From IMG/VR virus record IMGVR_UViG_3300008111_000003: DNA of 64,000 bases; one strand, given 5' to 3'. This document shows, one piece after another, positions 41,183 to 50,806 of the stretch. The stretch's first letter is position 1, and every line of letters starts with the position of its first letter. A program made the position numbers and the translations under genes. The notes beneath the pieces were generated by a model. It was not told the origin of the DNA. It made no database searches and worked only from the letters and a program-made list of their open reading frames with translations. The stretch is from a virus.

Positions 41183-44100
41183 TCAATCTGGTCTTAATTC
41201 AATCATTTGTTGTAATACCGCTTCACTCTCAGCAGCCAATCTACTTTGAGCATCTGCTAAACGAGTAGCCGCAGCTGCTGCTTCTGCTGAACCTTTTGGT
41301 GCTGATTCTAGTTGTTTTTGTGCCTCAGTTATGGTTTGACCAATTTTCATTGCCGATTCTCTTCTAGCAACTAGTCCAGTTTGTGCTTCTGAAACTTTAC
41401 CCTTGAAGAAAGTTTGATTTTCATATGTCTTTTTACCTAATTTTTGAGCTAAATCTAGTTTAATAGCAGATTCGGAGGTTCCAGTCTGTTGAGCTTTATA
41501 TTTGAAAAATTCTTCGTCCGCATACGATTGTTGAGCAGCTTTGCTGTTGGTGAAGTCGAATTCATCTGGTGGGCCGCCACCGCCGCCCCCACCACTCTTA
41601 AATAAAGACTTTTCTCCTGTTTGGAGAGTTGATTGAACATATTCTGAGGCTACTGATTTTTGTGTTCTAGCTTGTTTAATCAAATTAGTTTTATCTTTTT
41701 GAGCTTGATTTAAAGACTCTTCTGTTTGTAGAGACTGTAGTATAATGCTTTCTTGCTGTTGTACTAATTCCTTTTGTCTTTTATGTGCTTCTCTCAATTC
41801 TCCTGATACTTTTTGACCAGCAGAATTTTGTGCTTGTAGTTGTTTAATCGAATTTGTCTCTTTGAGTATTTCAGCACTTAGTCTGCTTGTTTCAGCTTTT
41901 AATCCAATAAGCGTGGAGGTTATTTCTTTTATAACTTGTGACATTTTTTTGATATTATTCTGTAAATCTGGATCACCAGATGTGGCAGATATAGACGCAA
42001 CATTGGCAGCAACACTTTTACGAGTAACAGACGCAGCCTTCTGTTGTGGAGCCATAGATTTTTTTACATCAATGAAAGGATCTATATCAGATGCTTCTAG
42101 TCCTCCAACAGTATGAGTTCCTAACTCATGTAAATGATCGGCTAATAAAGCCATGCCTTTTTTAGAATCAGTTGTTGAAGTTATGATAGCTCTTACTTCG
42201 GGGCTTGCTTTGGCAAAAAATTCTGCAAATAGTTCTTTACCAGTACTCAAATATCCTGCAATATCCGAAGAACTTTTACCCGCTGCTTTCCATTCATCTT
42301 CCATATCTTTTCTAATTTTATCAACCAAGGCAAACTGAAATGTTCCTTCCATTTCACTTGCAAATGCTTCACCTCCACCAAGCGCAACATCAGCAAGATG
42401 TCCAGTTTCGTGAGCAACTGTTTCTGTTGTTGCTCCTCCTTTTTCACCAGTAATTTGCAAACCAATAGCAGAGGCTTTAACGTTTTGGATAGCCTGACCT
42501 CTGGTAGTTTTTTCAAATGCTTTATTAGACCTAACATCGGGTGCAGATAGGGTTTCTCCAGCTTTTATGTCTTTTATACCTTTGAATTTACTACGAATAA
42601 TATTTGCTATATTTTCAGACATATCGCCAAGAACATTTTCTAAAACAGCTTCAGCTTCTTGTACGCTTTCTAAAACTTTACCTTGTCCTCTTACTATATC
42701 TTTTTTTGCTTGTCCGCCAACTTTAAATCCCCTTATTGCACTAATTATACCACCACTATTATATTTAGAATTCAAAGCATCAACAGCTTTTTTTCTAATA
42801 ACATAACCACCAACCGGTAAATCAATTGGTCCAATACTATCGCTAGTTCCACTACCTGGACCTTTGAATATTCCTCCCCCAACAGCAAAACCATTCATTC
42901 CGTTACGATCAGCCTGATTTATCTTATTAAGTTTAGAGTATCCAATTTTCTTGGCTTGAGACGGAGGAATAAATGCCTCTCCATTACTAACCATAGCTGG
43001 TATAGTACCACCAGATGCAAAACTAGATAAAGGACCGCCAGCAGCCATTCTAACTCCAGATAATCTAGCAGCAATACCCTCTATAGCATGACCTACATTA
43101 TCTGAGTTGAGAGTTCTTTTAGCCTGTGTGAATACGCCCGATGGAACACCAAATAAAGCAGCAAGATCTGGTGGTAATCCTCCTTCAAAATCTACTGCTC
43201 TATTTCTTTCATTGTATTCTCCTCCGGCAGCCCCTAATAGTGCTAATATAGCTTCTAATTGATATCCTTCGGCATTGGATCTACCGAGTCTATTAAGATC
43301 CTGATCTGTTAAATTAACCAAAAGTCTGTCCGGTAATAGTTCGCTAGCTGCTTCTTGTAAATTAGCAAAATCTTTTGTTCTAAGTTTAGCTAATACTTCT
43401 TCGGATTTAGCTCCACTTAAAGAGCCTATAGATACACTAAAAGGAACACCCCCTACCTTTTTATAAACTTGTCTAGAAGCAGCCTTATAGTCAGAAGCTA
43501 TGCCAACAACAGCTATAGATCGAGCAAGTCTTTTTTCTTCTTCTGTTAGATTAAATGGGTCTGCCTCGTCTACTTCTTGTCGTCCAGATAAATATTCTTT
43601 TATGATATTTTCTCTCAACGATGCTAATGTTTTGATTGTTGTTTCATTATTTCCAACAGCTTTACCAACTATAGTACCAGCTCTTAATTGAGTTGGTGTT
43701 AAAGCTTTTGATAAACTAATTGTTCTACCGCCTATTACTAAGCTACCACTATCAATTGCTAAATCTAATTCTCTAGCCCTTTTTGTAAGAATTTGAGACC
43801 ATGTTTCTCCTTGTGAAGATGTTCTGCCTTTGGGGAATGGCCCTCCAACTAATTGTTGAGGGGTTAGTGATCCACCTCCGGCGAATCCTTGAACTAGACC
43901 ACCTTTTAATATTTGATTAATTGTCTCTGCAAAATGTGTGGCGTGGGCGGGTTTAGCTGCTGTTCCACCATTAATAAAATCATCAAAGTATTTTAGTGCG
44001 GTTTGAGCTTTTCCAGCTTTTTGAGTTTCGTTTTCTTTCTTCAACGATTCAATATATGCTGGAATAGCCGCTTTTATCTTCTCTGCTGCTGCTGGTGGTA

Positions 44101-47100
44101 TAACTCCAGCCAAACTAGTTTGACCTCCGCTTTTTCTAAATTCGGACAGAGGATCTTTTATGGATGCTAATAGTGTGGAAGATGCTGAAGCAACTGGAGC
44201 CTCCTCTGATTTAAGTCTAGGAGTACCAGATAATCCTAAAGCATAGTCACCTGTTACCATCTTTAAGAAAGGAGATATAGCATCTTGTTTAGCTTTTGGC
44301 AAAGCGCTACCGGGTGCCATAATCCCTTGCATAGACGCTGTTAATAGGTCTCTACTAGTTCTAAAGAATTTTTCTCTTCTTTGTTGTTGTTCTGATTTTT
44401 TAGATTTTGCAACTTTTTCAGAGCCAAACGCAGCAATTTTTTCTCTATAAAATCCTCTTCTACCATCCGGGAGGGTTACTAAGTCTTGTTCAAGTTCTGA
44501 CGTTATTCTTGATTCTGGTACTTCCACAAATTCTTTGCCAAGAGATATACCGCTGCCACCGGTGGTCATAATATGATACATTTGTCTGTTAGCATAATCA
44601 ATCAGTTCATCGGTAGAAAGAGACTCAAGTTGACTTGAAGTTAGATGTTCAAATTTTCCTCGTGCTCCTTTTTTAACCTTTTTGCCTCGTCCTTTACCGC
44701 TGGGAACATTAATGCCTCCGGGAGATCCGGCCATAAATTTTTGAATTATTTCACCACTATATAGTTGCTCAATACCAAGTTGTCTTTGTTTTTGTCCTTC
44801 TTTCTTAGAAATATTGTCTAAATTTGTAACATCTTGAAATACATAAACTTTACCAAAATTTACTTTATCATTATTATTAGTTAGTATACTAGATTTTAAA
44901 TATTCGGATGCTTTTTTTTCAGCTGGGCTTTGTGAAAGCAATGATCCAGAAACAACTTTTCTAGAAAGAATACTATCAGAAAGTCTTGAAGACGTACTTC
45001 TAATCTCTGCTAAATTTCCATGATATAATCCATCTAGTCTAGAGAACTGATCTGATGATGATGATGATTCAAAATCAGCATTAAATTGTTTATTTACTAT
45101 ATTCTCAAAAGCTAACCCTCTATCCATCGGTTTATTTTCTGCTACTGTTTTTTGATATTTTCTATATACCGGATCTTTTTTATTTGGATATTGAGAGACA
45201 TCAATATCTTTATTTTCTCTTTGAAAATTAAATTTATCTCCAGAACTAAACTTCATAAATCCCGATTTAAAGTTCACTCCCTCTTTTTTATCAAAAGTAT
45301 ATGTTTGTTTTTTGGGAATAATATTACTTTGAACTATATTATCATTAATATCAATAATACCACCACTAGCATAACTATTCATTCTTAATAAGTTATTAGC
45401 GCCGTATTTTTTAACAGCTTTCCTATTCATTACTATCTCACCACCCTCTAAGAATGCTGGCACAGTATCTCCACCACCATTACCTGGAACCATACCACCC
45501 TTATTAAATCCTAATATTTTTCCACCATCTTTAAGTTTGCTTGGTCCCTTAATATTTATGGCGCTGGTTAATGAATTAACAGCAGTAGTAAGAGTTTTCA
45601 AAGCATTTGTATTTTCGGTGATAGCAGTTGTGGCTTTGGCTCTAACATCATTGGCTTCTTTTTCTTTGGCGCCACTTAGTGTTGATCCTATATTAGATCC
45701 AACCTCTTTAGCGCCGCCACCCTTTCTAATCCCTCCAAAAAATCCACTAGCAAACTGACCAATGGCACTAACACCCTTTATGGCTGTAAATACTGCTAAT
45801 ATCGGTAGAATAGGTTTAAAAGCGCTAGCTAAACTTAAAAAACTACTAGTCAAACCTATAACAATCTTAAATAAACTTTGAAAAACTGTACTCTGTCCTA
45901 TATCTCTTATAAGGGCTAAAAATTGTTCTCTTACTTTGGCTAATTGATTAGCTAGACTTTGTTGAGCTTTTATTTGAGCATCAGTTAAGCTACCAGATCC
46001 TTTTTGAGCTATTGCTAATGCTTGTTGTGCTGTAGCAAATTGTTGAATAAGAGGGATAACTTTACCAATCTGTCTAAATCCGCCGAGTTCCTCGACTATA
46101 GCACTAAATCTAACATCTCTAGGATCCAACTGACTTAATCCCTCACTAAGTCTTTTAACCGCTTCATAAGGACCAACGAATTTACCTTCTAAATCTTGTA
46201 AATTAATACCAAAATTTTTCAATAAATTTATTGTACTGCTTCTTTGTATTCTTGTAAAAATTGTTCTAAGACCAGTAGCAATAGTCTCAGCGCTTTCACG
46301 AGTTGTGGCACGAACACTTGTAAATACGGCAATAAATTCATTGAGCGCATCTTTGCCTTGAGTCACACCTTTACTAGCAGCAGCAAATACGCCACCGGTA
46401 CGTTGTATAGCTGTAATTATATCAGCAGATTCAACAGCGAATGCGGCGGCCACAGCATTAATACTACCCAAAACTGGTTCGAGATCTTCTGCTTGTAATT
46501 GAAACTGTCTCAAAGCAGCAATAGCGCCTTCTGTTGTTTCGGCTAAACTATCAAATGATGGTGCTAGTTCAGTTTTAGCCAAAGCAGCAAGTGCTATTCG
46601 TGTTTCTTTTGCTGATAAACCAGCTTGTGCTAATGTACTAGCTACTGATATCAAGCTTTCACTACTAACACCAAGAGATGTTGCTAGTCTAGTTATTTCA
46701 TTTTCTAAAGACTTGATACCTATTGAACCTTGACCAGTAACCTGTTGTAGTTTTACTAATTCTTTATCGAATGAAACGAAAGCTTTAAAACCAGAAGTAA
46801 TAGCATTAGTTAATGCAAAAATTCCTGTTGTAACAAAAGAAAATGCAGCAAATCTTTTAACTGCTAATGCAGACTGTTTGCCAAATTCTTCAATAGCGGT
46901 TGATGCTACTTGTATATTTTTTGCAACTTGACTGGTAGTGGTAACAGCACCCTTATCAATAGATATAGATTTATTACCTTTATTCATAGAAGATAATGAC
47001 GATGATAAAGCAGCAAAAGACGCATTCAAAGAATCTGCATTTCCTTTGGCGGAAATAAGGATGTCATTCATTGCTCTGAGTCTGTTAGTAACTACTGATA

Positions 47101-47245
47101 TAGATCTTTCAGATCGATTATCTAGTTTAACCTGCACATTACTCTGTATGGAACCAATCTCTCTTTTAATCTCTGCAACTATTGGCTTGAGATTACCGGG
47201 GCCTCTAAGATTGATTTGTGCTGTTAGATTAAAACCTTTAGCCAT
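41183..47245 (-). CDS. Tape measure protein, N-terminal part with cargo-like domains
   Basis: TP901-type TMP core (FDKELVKLQQVTG, LAQAG, RESAETIATGLRTIFTRI); GDTVPAFL..GE and GSGTSDSI motifs; HETGH. Confidence 0.85.
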   Translation of the reverse strand: MAKGFNLTAQINLRGPGNLKPIVAEIKREIGSIQSNVQVKLDNRSERSISVVTNRLRAMNDILISAKGNADSLNASFAALSSSLSSMNKGNKSISIDKGAVTTTSQVAKNIQVASTAIEEFGKQSALAVKRFAAFSFVTTGIFALTNAITSGFKAFVSFDKELVKLQQVTGQGSIGIKSLENEITRLATSLGVSSESLISVASTLAQAGLSAKETRIALAALAKTELAPSFDSLAETTEGAIAALRQFQLQAEDLEPVLGSINAVAAAFAVESADIITAIQRTGGVFAAASKGVTQGKDALNEFIAVFTSVRATTRESAETIATGLRTIFTRIQRSSTINLLKNFGINLQDLEGKFVGPYEAVKRLSEGLSQLDPRDVRFSAIVEELGGFRQIGKVIPLIQQFATAQQALAIAQKGSGSLTDAQIKAQQSLANQLAKVREQFLALIRDIGQSTVFQSLFKIVIGLTSSFLSLASAFKPILPILAVFTAIKGVSAIGQFASGFFGGIRKGGGAKEVGSNIGSTLSGAKEKEANDVRAKATTAITENTNALKTLTTAVNSLTSAINIKGPSKLKDGGKILGFNKGGMVPGNGGGDTVPAFLEGGEIVMNRKAVKKYGANNLLRMNSYASGGIIDINDNIVQSNIIPKKQTYTFDKKEGVNFKSGFMKFSSGDKFNFQRENKDIDVSQYPNKKDPVYRKYQKTVAENKPMDRGLAFENIVNKQFNADFESSSSSDQFSRLDGLYHGNLAEIRSTSSRLSDSILSRKVVSGSLLSQSPAEKKASEYLKSSILTNNNDKVNFGKVYVFQDVTNLDNISKKEGQKQRQLGIEQLYSGEIIQKFMAGSPGGINVPSGKGRGKKVKKGARGKFEHLTSSQLESLSTDELIDYANRQMYHIMTTGGSGISLGKEFVEVPESRITSELEQDLVTLPDGRRGFYREKIAAFGSEKVAKSKKSEQQQRREKFFRTSRDLLTASMQGIMAPGSALPKAKQDAISPFLKMVTGDYALGLSGTPRLKSEEAPVASASSTLLASIKDPLSEFRKSGGQTSLAGVIPPAAAEKIKAAIPAYIESLKKENETQKAGKAQTALKYFDDFINGGTAAKPAHATHFAETINQILKGGLVQGFAGGGSLTPQQLVGGPFPKGRTSSQGETWSQILTKRARELDLAIDSGSLVIGGRTISLSKALTPTQLRAGTIVGKAVGNNETTIKTLASLRENIIKEYLSGRQEVDEADPFNLTEEEKRLARSIAVVGIASDYKAASRQVYKKVGGVPFSVSIGSLSGAKSEEVLAKLRTKDFANLQEAASELLPDRLLVNLTDQDLNRLGRSNAEGYQLEAILALLGAAGGEYNERNRAVDFEGGLPPDLAALFGVPSGVFTQAKRTLNSDNVGHAIEGIAARLSGVRMAAGGPLSSFASGGTIPAMVSNGEAFIPPSQAKKIGYSKLNKINQADRNGMNGFAVGGGIFKGPGSGTSDSIGPIDLPVGGYVIRKKAVDALNSKYNSGGIISAIRGFKVGGQAKKDIVRGQGKVLESVQEAEAVLENVLGDMSENIANIIRSKFKGIKDIKAGETLSAPDVRSNKAFEKTTRGQAIQNVKASAIGLQITGEKGGATTETVAHETGHLADVALGGGEAFASEMEGTFQFALVDKIRKDMEDEWKAAGKSSSDIAGYLSTGKELFAEFFAKASPEVRAIITSTTDSKKGMALLADHLHELGTHTVGGLEASDIDPFIDVKKSMAPQQKAASVTRKSVAANVASISATSGDPDLQNNIKKMSQVIKEITSTLIGLKAETSRLSAEILKETNSIKQLQAQNSAGQKVSGELREAHKRQKELVQQQESIILQSLQTEESLNQAQKDKTNLIKQARTQKSVASEYVQSTLQTGEKSLFKSGGGGGGGPPDEFDFTNSKAAQQSYADEEFFKYKAQQTGTSESAIKLDLAQKLGKKTYENQTFFKGKVSEAQTGLVARRESAMKIGQTITEAQKQLESAPKGSAEAAAAATRLADAQSRLAAESEAVLQQMIELRPD

Positions 47246-47263
47246 AATACTTTATGTCTCCGT

Positions 47264-47305
47264 TAAATAAAAATCCCCACAATACCATAAAGATATTGAG
47301 GGGAT
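47264..47305 (-). terminator. Intrinsic terminator-like hairpin between chaperone gene and tape measure
   Basis: Minus strand ATCCCCTCAATA-loop-TATTGTGGGGAT followed by TTTTATTT. Confidence 0.65.
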
Positions 47306-47332
47306 AATTTATCAGATATTAATTGATGATTA

Positions 47333-48220
47333 TTATTCTTTAGATTCGCTATTAGAAGGTTCCGTAACTTCTTCGGTTTCATTTTTAACATCTGTGACTA
47401 CTTCCTTATCCTTTGGTTTTTCATTTTCAATAACAATTGGTTTACCACTATCGTCTAAAAATGGACTAAATTCAACGATATAATCACCGTCTTGATCGAC
47501 CAAATTACCATCTTTATCGATGAGCTGACCTTGTTCATTGATAAATCTACCATTCTCATTAATTAATCTTCCTTTTTCATCAACTAGTTTACCGTCTTTA
47601 TTGATTAGTCTTAATTTACTGTCAATAAACTTATATTGTTTTAAGAACTTATTTTCTGGTAGTTTTTCTTCATAATTATCATCCAAACCATAAAGCATAT
47701 TTGCTAAATTTTGAGCTGCCAATATAGCCACTGAGTCTGTTGATCTATTGTTATAGTCCTCATAACTCTTAAAATATGGCTCTTTAGTATCATTATACAC
47801 CGTACAGGCTGAAACTAAGTAGTTAAATCTAGCATTATCGGCCTGGCCTTCGGCAGTATGGGTATCAAGATTAGTTTTGACACTAATCAATTCTCTAAGT
47901 TCTTCTCGTGTTTTTTTCATACTAAGAGCTATATCTCTGGCACTATTTAGTGATATGCCGCCCTTAGCCAATTTACGTTCACCATCTAATATTTCTGATT
48001 GAAGTTCTGTAAATTTAGCCTGTTTAACTCCATCCCACAATCCTTGTTCAATCAATAAATCATCTAATTTAGCTCTTACTACAGCTTTGGATTTTAAAGC
48101 TTCACTAAAACTTTGATTATAAACTTTAGTAGCTTCTTTTTGATCCTGTAATGATGGAGATCTTACTAAGATTTCTCTTTCTTTTCCGTCAATTGTTATC
48201 TTAAATGTTTTAGTTTTCAT
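47333..48220 (-). CDS. Putative tail assembly chaperone with heptad [LF][IV][DN]xxG repeats
   Basis: Between tail tube and TMP; LINKDGK-LVDEKGR-LINENGR-FINEQGQ-LIDKDGN-LVDQDG. Confidence 0.5.
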   Translation of the reverse strand: MKTKTFKITIDGKEREILVRSPSLQDQKEATKVYNQSFSEALKSKAVVRAKLDDLLIEQGLWDGVKQAKFTELQSEILDGERKLAKGGISLNSARDIALSMKKTREELRELISVKTNLDTHTAEGQADNARFNYLVSACTVYNDTKEPYFKSYEDYNNRSTDSVAILAAQNLANMLYGLDDNYEEKLPENKFLKQYKFIDSKLRLINKDGKLVDEKGRLINENGRFINEQGQLIDKDGNLVDQDGDYIVEFSPFLDDSGKPIVIENEKPKDKEVVTDVKNETEEVTEPSNSESKE

Positions 48221-48510
48221 AGTTCGTCCTCTTTTCTATAAGTATTAAATCTATATTTATATGTAATCTTACCGTGATTTTTAGCAAGATCGGCTAGCGT
48301 TTTTCTTAGTTGATTATTGCCATTATTTAGGATCTGATTTCTAACCATATCCCACCTATCTAAAAAATCTAACTCTTTTTCAGTTAGATCTTTTTCGTCT
48401 TTATCGTGACCCCATAGGTATCCAAAAGATTTTTCAAATTCATAAAGTGCTCCTATCATAGTTGTCTGAAATCTTTTAGTCAATAGATTTTTTGTATATA
48501 AATCATCCAT
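48217..48510 (-). CDS. Hypothetical protein (tail assembly region)
   Basis: ORF overlapping neighbour in the operon. Confidence 0.55.
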   Translation of the reverse strand: MDDLYTKNLLTKRFQTTMIGALYEFEKSFGYLWGHDKDEKDLTEKELDFLDRWDMVRNQILNNGNNQLRKTLADLAKNHGKITYKYRFNTYRKEDEL

Positions 48511-48513
48511 AAA

Positions 48514-49560
48514 TTATTTCCTATTTTTAAATTGTTCGTTTGATAATACTGTTAAATCTCTTTGAGTATCCGGTAATTGAGTTACGTCTATTGTTCCTTC
48601 TGATTGTTTAATTACAGATTCTCTTTCTCTTATTATATGTCTGGATGAATTTTCATTCAAGTCATAAATACTATTAGCCTCTTCTTGTGAATTTGCCATT
48701 ATAAAGACCTCTCCAGCTTTATTTAATTTTTTCCCCTCTAATAGTTTTTCTGTTCTATTCTTATTTCTGGTCTTTTCGTTTTCACGTTTTTGTACTACCA
48801 TCCATCCATCAAACATATCGTCATCTTCTATAACAGAATCCGGAGGGCATTCTGGATGTTGATATGCGCTATCATACATTTTTGTTAGTACAACTAACGT
48901 TTTTTGTTCGTCTGTCCAGTTAACAACAGATTTATCAAATAAACTATCATTATTAGCACTCCAATAATTACGCCAAATATCACTTCTAGCTATTTGTCTA
49001 AAAATTGAGATATCAATAGTATGTTCAGATATACTATTAGAAAGATAATTTAATAAATTAGGATCTGTATCTTCTATACTCTTAAAAATTCTTTCATTGT
49101 TAATGTTATATAAACTATGAATTAGAATATATTGATTTTTAATATATTGACTATATCCACTAGCTGTATATTGGTCCAATGAATGTCTAATACCATATTG
49201 TGTATTAAAAGCTCTTTTAGTATTAGCTAATGTGCGTCTTAGTGTTTTTAATTTGGTAGGATTTAAAAAATTCTTAAAAATATCTACTTTAAGATCATCT
49301 ATTTGTTTTTCTAGATTTTTAAGATTATCATCTCCACCATAATTCCATACTCCCATACTAACTAAACTATCTATGATATTGTCTTCAGTAATCCAATCAT
49401 TAAATTTATTATCCTCATATTCCTGTTCAGCATAAAGTTCCGCTTCATATTTTATGTTTATATCAGGATATACTAGTTTATATTTAGTATTATTGTAAAC
49501 AAATAAATAAAATCCAGATAGTATTCTGGATAGATATATTTGAAGCGTTCTTTGATCCAT
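48514..49560 (-). CDS. Hypothetical protein (possible tail assembly chaperone)
   Basis: Directly after tail tube; YD..YQHPECPPD.VIEDDDMFDGW motif. Confidence 0.5.
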   Translation of the reverse strand: MDQRTLQIYLSRILSGFYLFVYNNTKYKLVYPDINIKYEAELYAEQEYEDNKFNDWITEDNIIDSLVSMGVWNYGGDDNLKNLEKQIDDLKVDIFKNFLNPTKLKTLRRTLANTKRAFNTQYGIRHSLDQYTASGYSQYIKNQYILIHSLYNINNERIFKSIEDTDPNLLNYLSNSISEHTIDISIFRQIARSDIWRNYWSANNDSLFDKSVVNWTDEQKTLVVLTKMYDSAYQHPECPPDSVIEDDDMFDGWMVVQKRENEKTRNKNRTEKLLEGKKLNKAGEVFIMANSQEEANSIYDLNENSSRHIIRERESVIKQSEGTIDVTQLPDTQRDLTVLSNEQFKNRK

Positions 49561-49617
49561 AGTCCCCGATAATATCCATCGTCTTTTGTCTCAATCGAAA
49601 CCAATCTAGTACTATTA

Positions 49618-50718
49618 CTAGACTGGTGTGTAGGTACTATTAGCAAGTTGGCTATAGAAATTACCACCACTATGAGCAACTACGAAATCGTTAAATGTAC
49701 TATAACTATATGTTACACTAACATTACCACCGCCAGTATCGCCACCAGTATAGTTAACACTAGTAAGTTTATTCTTGGTACCAAGATAAATTCTTGTACC
49801 TTCGCAGGTTTCTAGGAAGATAGTTTGATCTAGTAGATTGTGTCTACCAGAGCATTGTGGAAGACTTGGACTTGCTACAGTAGTACCAGTTAAGCCAGCG
49901 TAATAGCCGCTTTCTGTAGCATTAATACCATCGCCACTAACTGCAACAACCTCAAATTCGCAAGTTACTTCTACGGGAAATGTTACGAATCTGTGATATG
50001 GAGCAAAAGTACCGAGTTCTTGGATAGCATCACGGCCAAAATCACAACTTACTGTGATATTTTGGAAATGTACCGCAAAACCACTACCATTACCAATAGC
50101 TTCATTTGTCCCACTACTACTAATGCCAGGAATTTGTGTTGGAAAACGACAATTAGCCATGCTTAAGAATTGTCTACGAGCAACACCTTGAGCAGCGATT
50201 GGGGCATCGGTATTATTGAAAGCTCCAGTAACAGTACCACCCCATACCTTATTATTACCAACCAAGGTCACATCTTCTGTAAAATTACCATCAACCGGGA
50301 ATGTGTAACTAACACTACTAACATACATACCAGAACATGTTACTGCACTAAAGGAATTACCACTAGCTGATGTATTGGTATCACTATAAATTGCTAGTCT
50401 CATGTCAGTACGAGCATTTTGACGGCCAGGAATTGTTGGATTAACAGCAGTTAAGCCTGTGCCTACACTTGTGCCTGTTTCTGTTGCTAGCACATATAGT
50501 AGTGGATAACCATCAAGCACCTTATTGAGAGTTACTTCAATATCTGGTACATTTTCAACGTTTTGATAAATGGCCAATTGACCCATTTCGAATACTTGTT
50601 CTAGATTAAAGTTTGTTGTTACTCCAACAGTTTGTAATCCATGAACTGCTGTCATACTACTAGCAGCTGGGCCTAGTTGTACCTGTTGGATTGCATAATA
50701 AATACGATTATTGGCCAT
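49618..50718 (-). CDS. Major tail tube protein
   Basis: Beta-rich Gly/Thr protein with internal duplication (VFEMGQLAIY / IQELGTFAPY); GGAG RBS; position in operon. Confidence 0.65.
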   Translation of the reverse strand: MANNRIYYAIQQVQLGPAASSMTAVHGLQTVGVTTNFNLEQVFEMGQLAIYQNVENVPDIEVTLNKVLDGYPLLYVLATETGTSVGTGLTAVNPTIPGRQNARTDMRLAIYSDTNTSASGNSFSAVTCSGMYVSSVSYTFPVDGNFTEDVTLVGNNKVWGGTVTGAFNNTDAPIAAQGVARRQFLSMANCRFPTQIPGISSSGTNEAIGNGSGFAVHFQNITVSCDFGRDAIQELGTFAPYHRFVTFPVEVTCEFEVVAVSGDGINATESGYYAGLTGTTVASPSLPQCSGRHNLLDQTIFLETCEGTRIYLGTKNKLTSVNYTGGDTGGGNVSVTYSYSTFNDFVVAHSGGNFYSQLANSTYTPV

Positions 50719-50786
50719 AATTAATCTCCACTAAGAGTAGATTTGAAAGTTTATTGTATTGTGCTTTGTTAGACCTATGATCTTAT

Positions 50787-50793
50787 ATACACA
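50787..50793 (-). promoter_or_regulatory. Putative late promoter motif TGTGTAT upstream of tail tube gene
   Basis: Recurrent GTGTA motif. Confidence 0.5.
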
Positions 50794-50806
50794 AAAAAAA
50801 GTAAAA

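Noticed and set aside
47333-49560. Programmed -1 frameshift in tail assembly chaperones
   Set aside because: No convincing slippery heptamer near the ORF ends; the three ORFs have their own starts.
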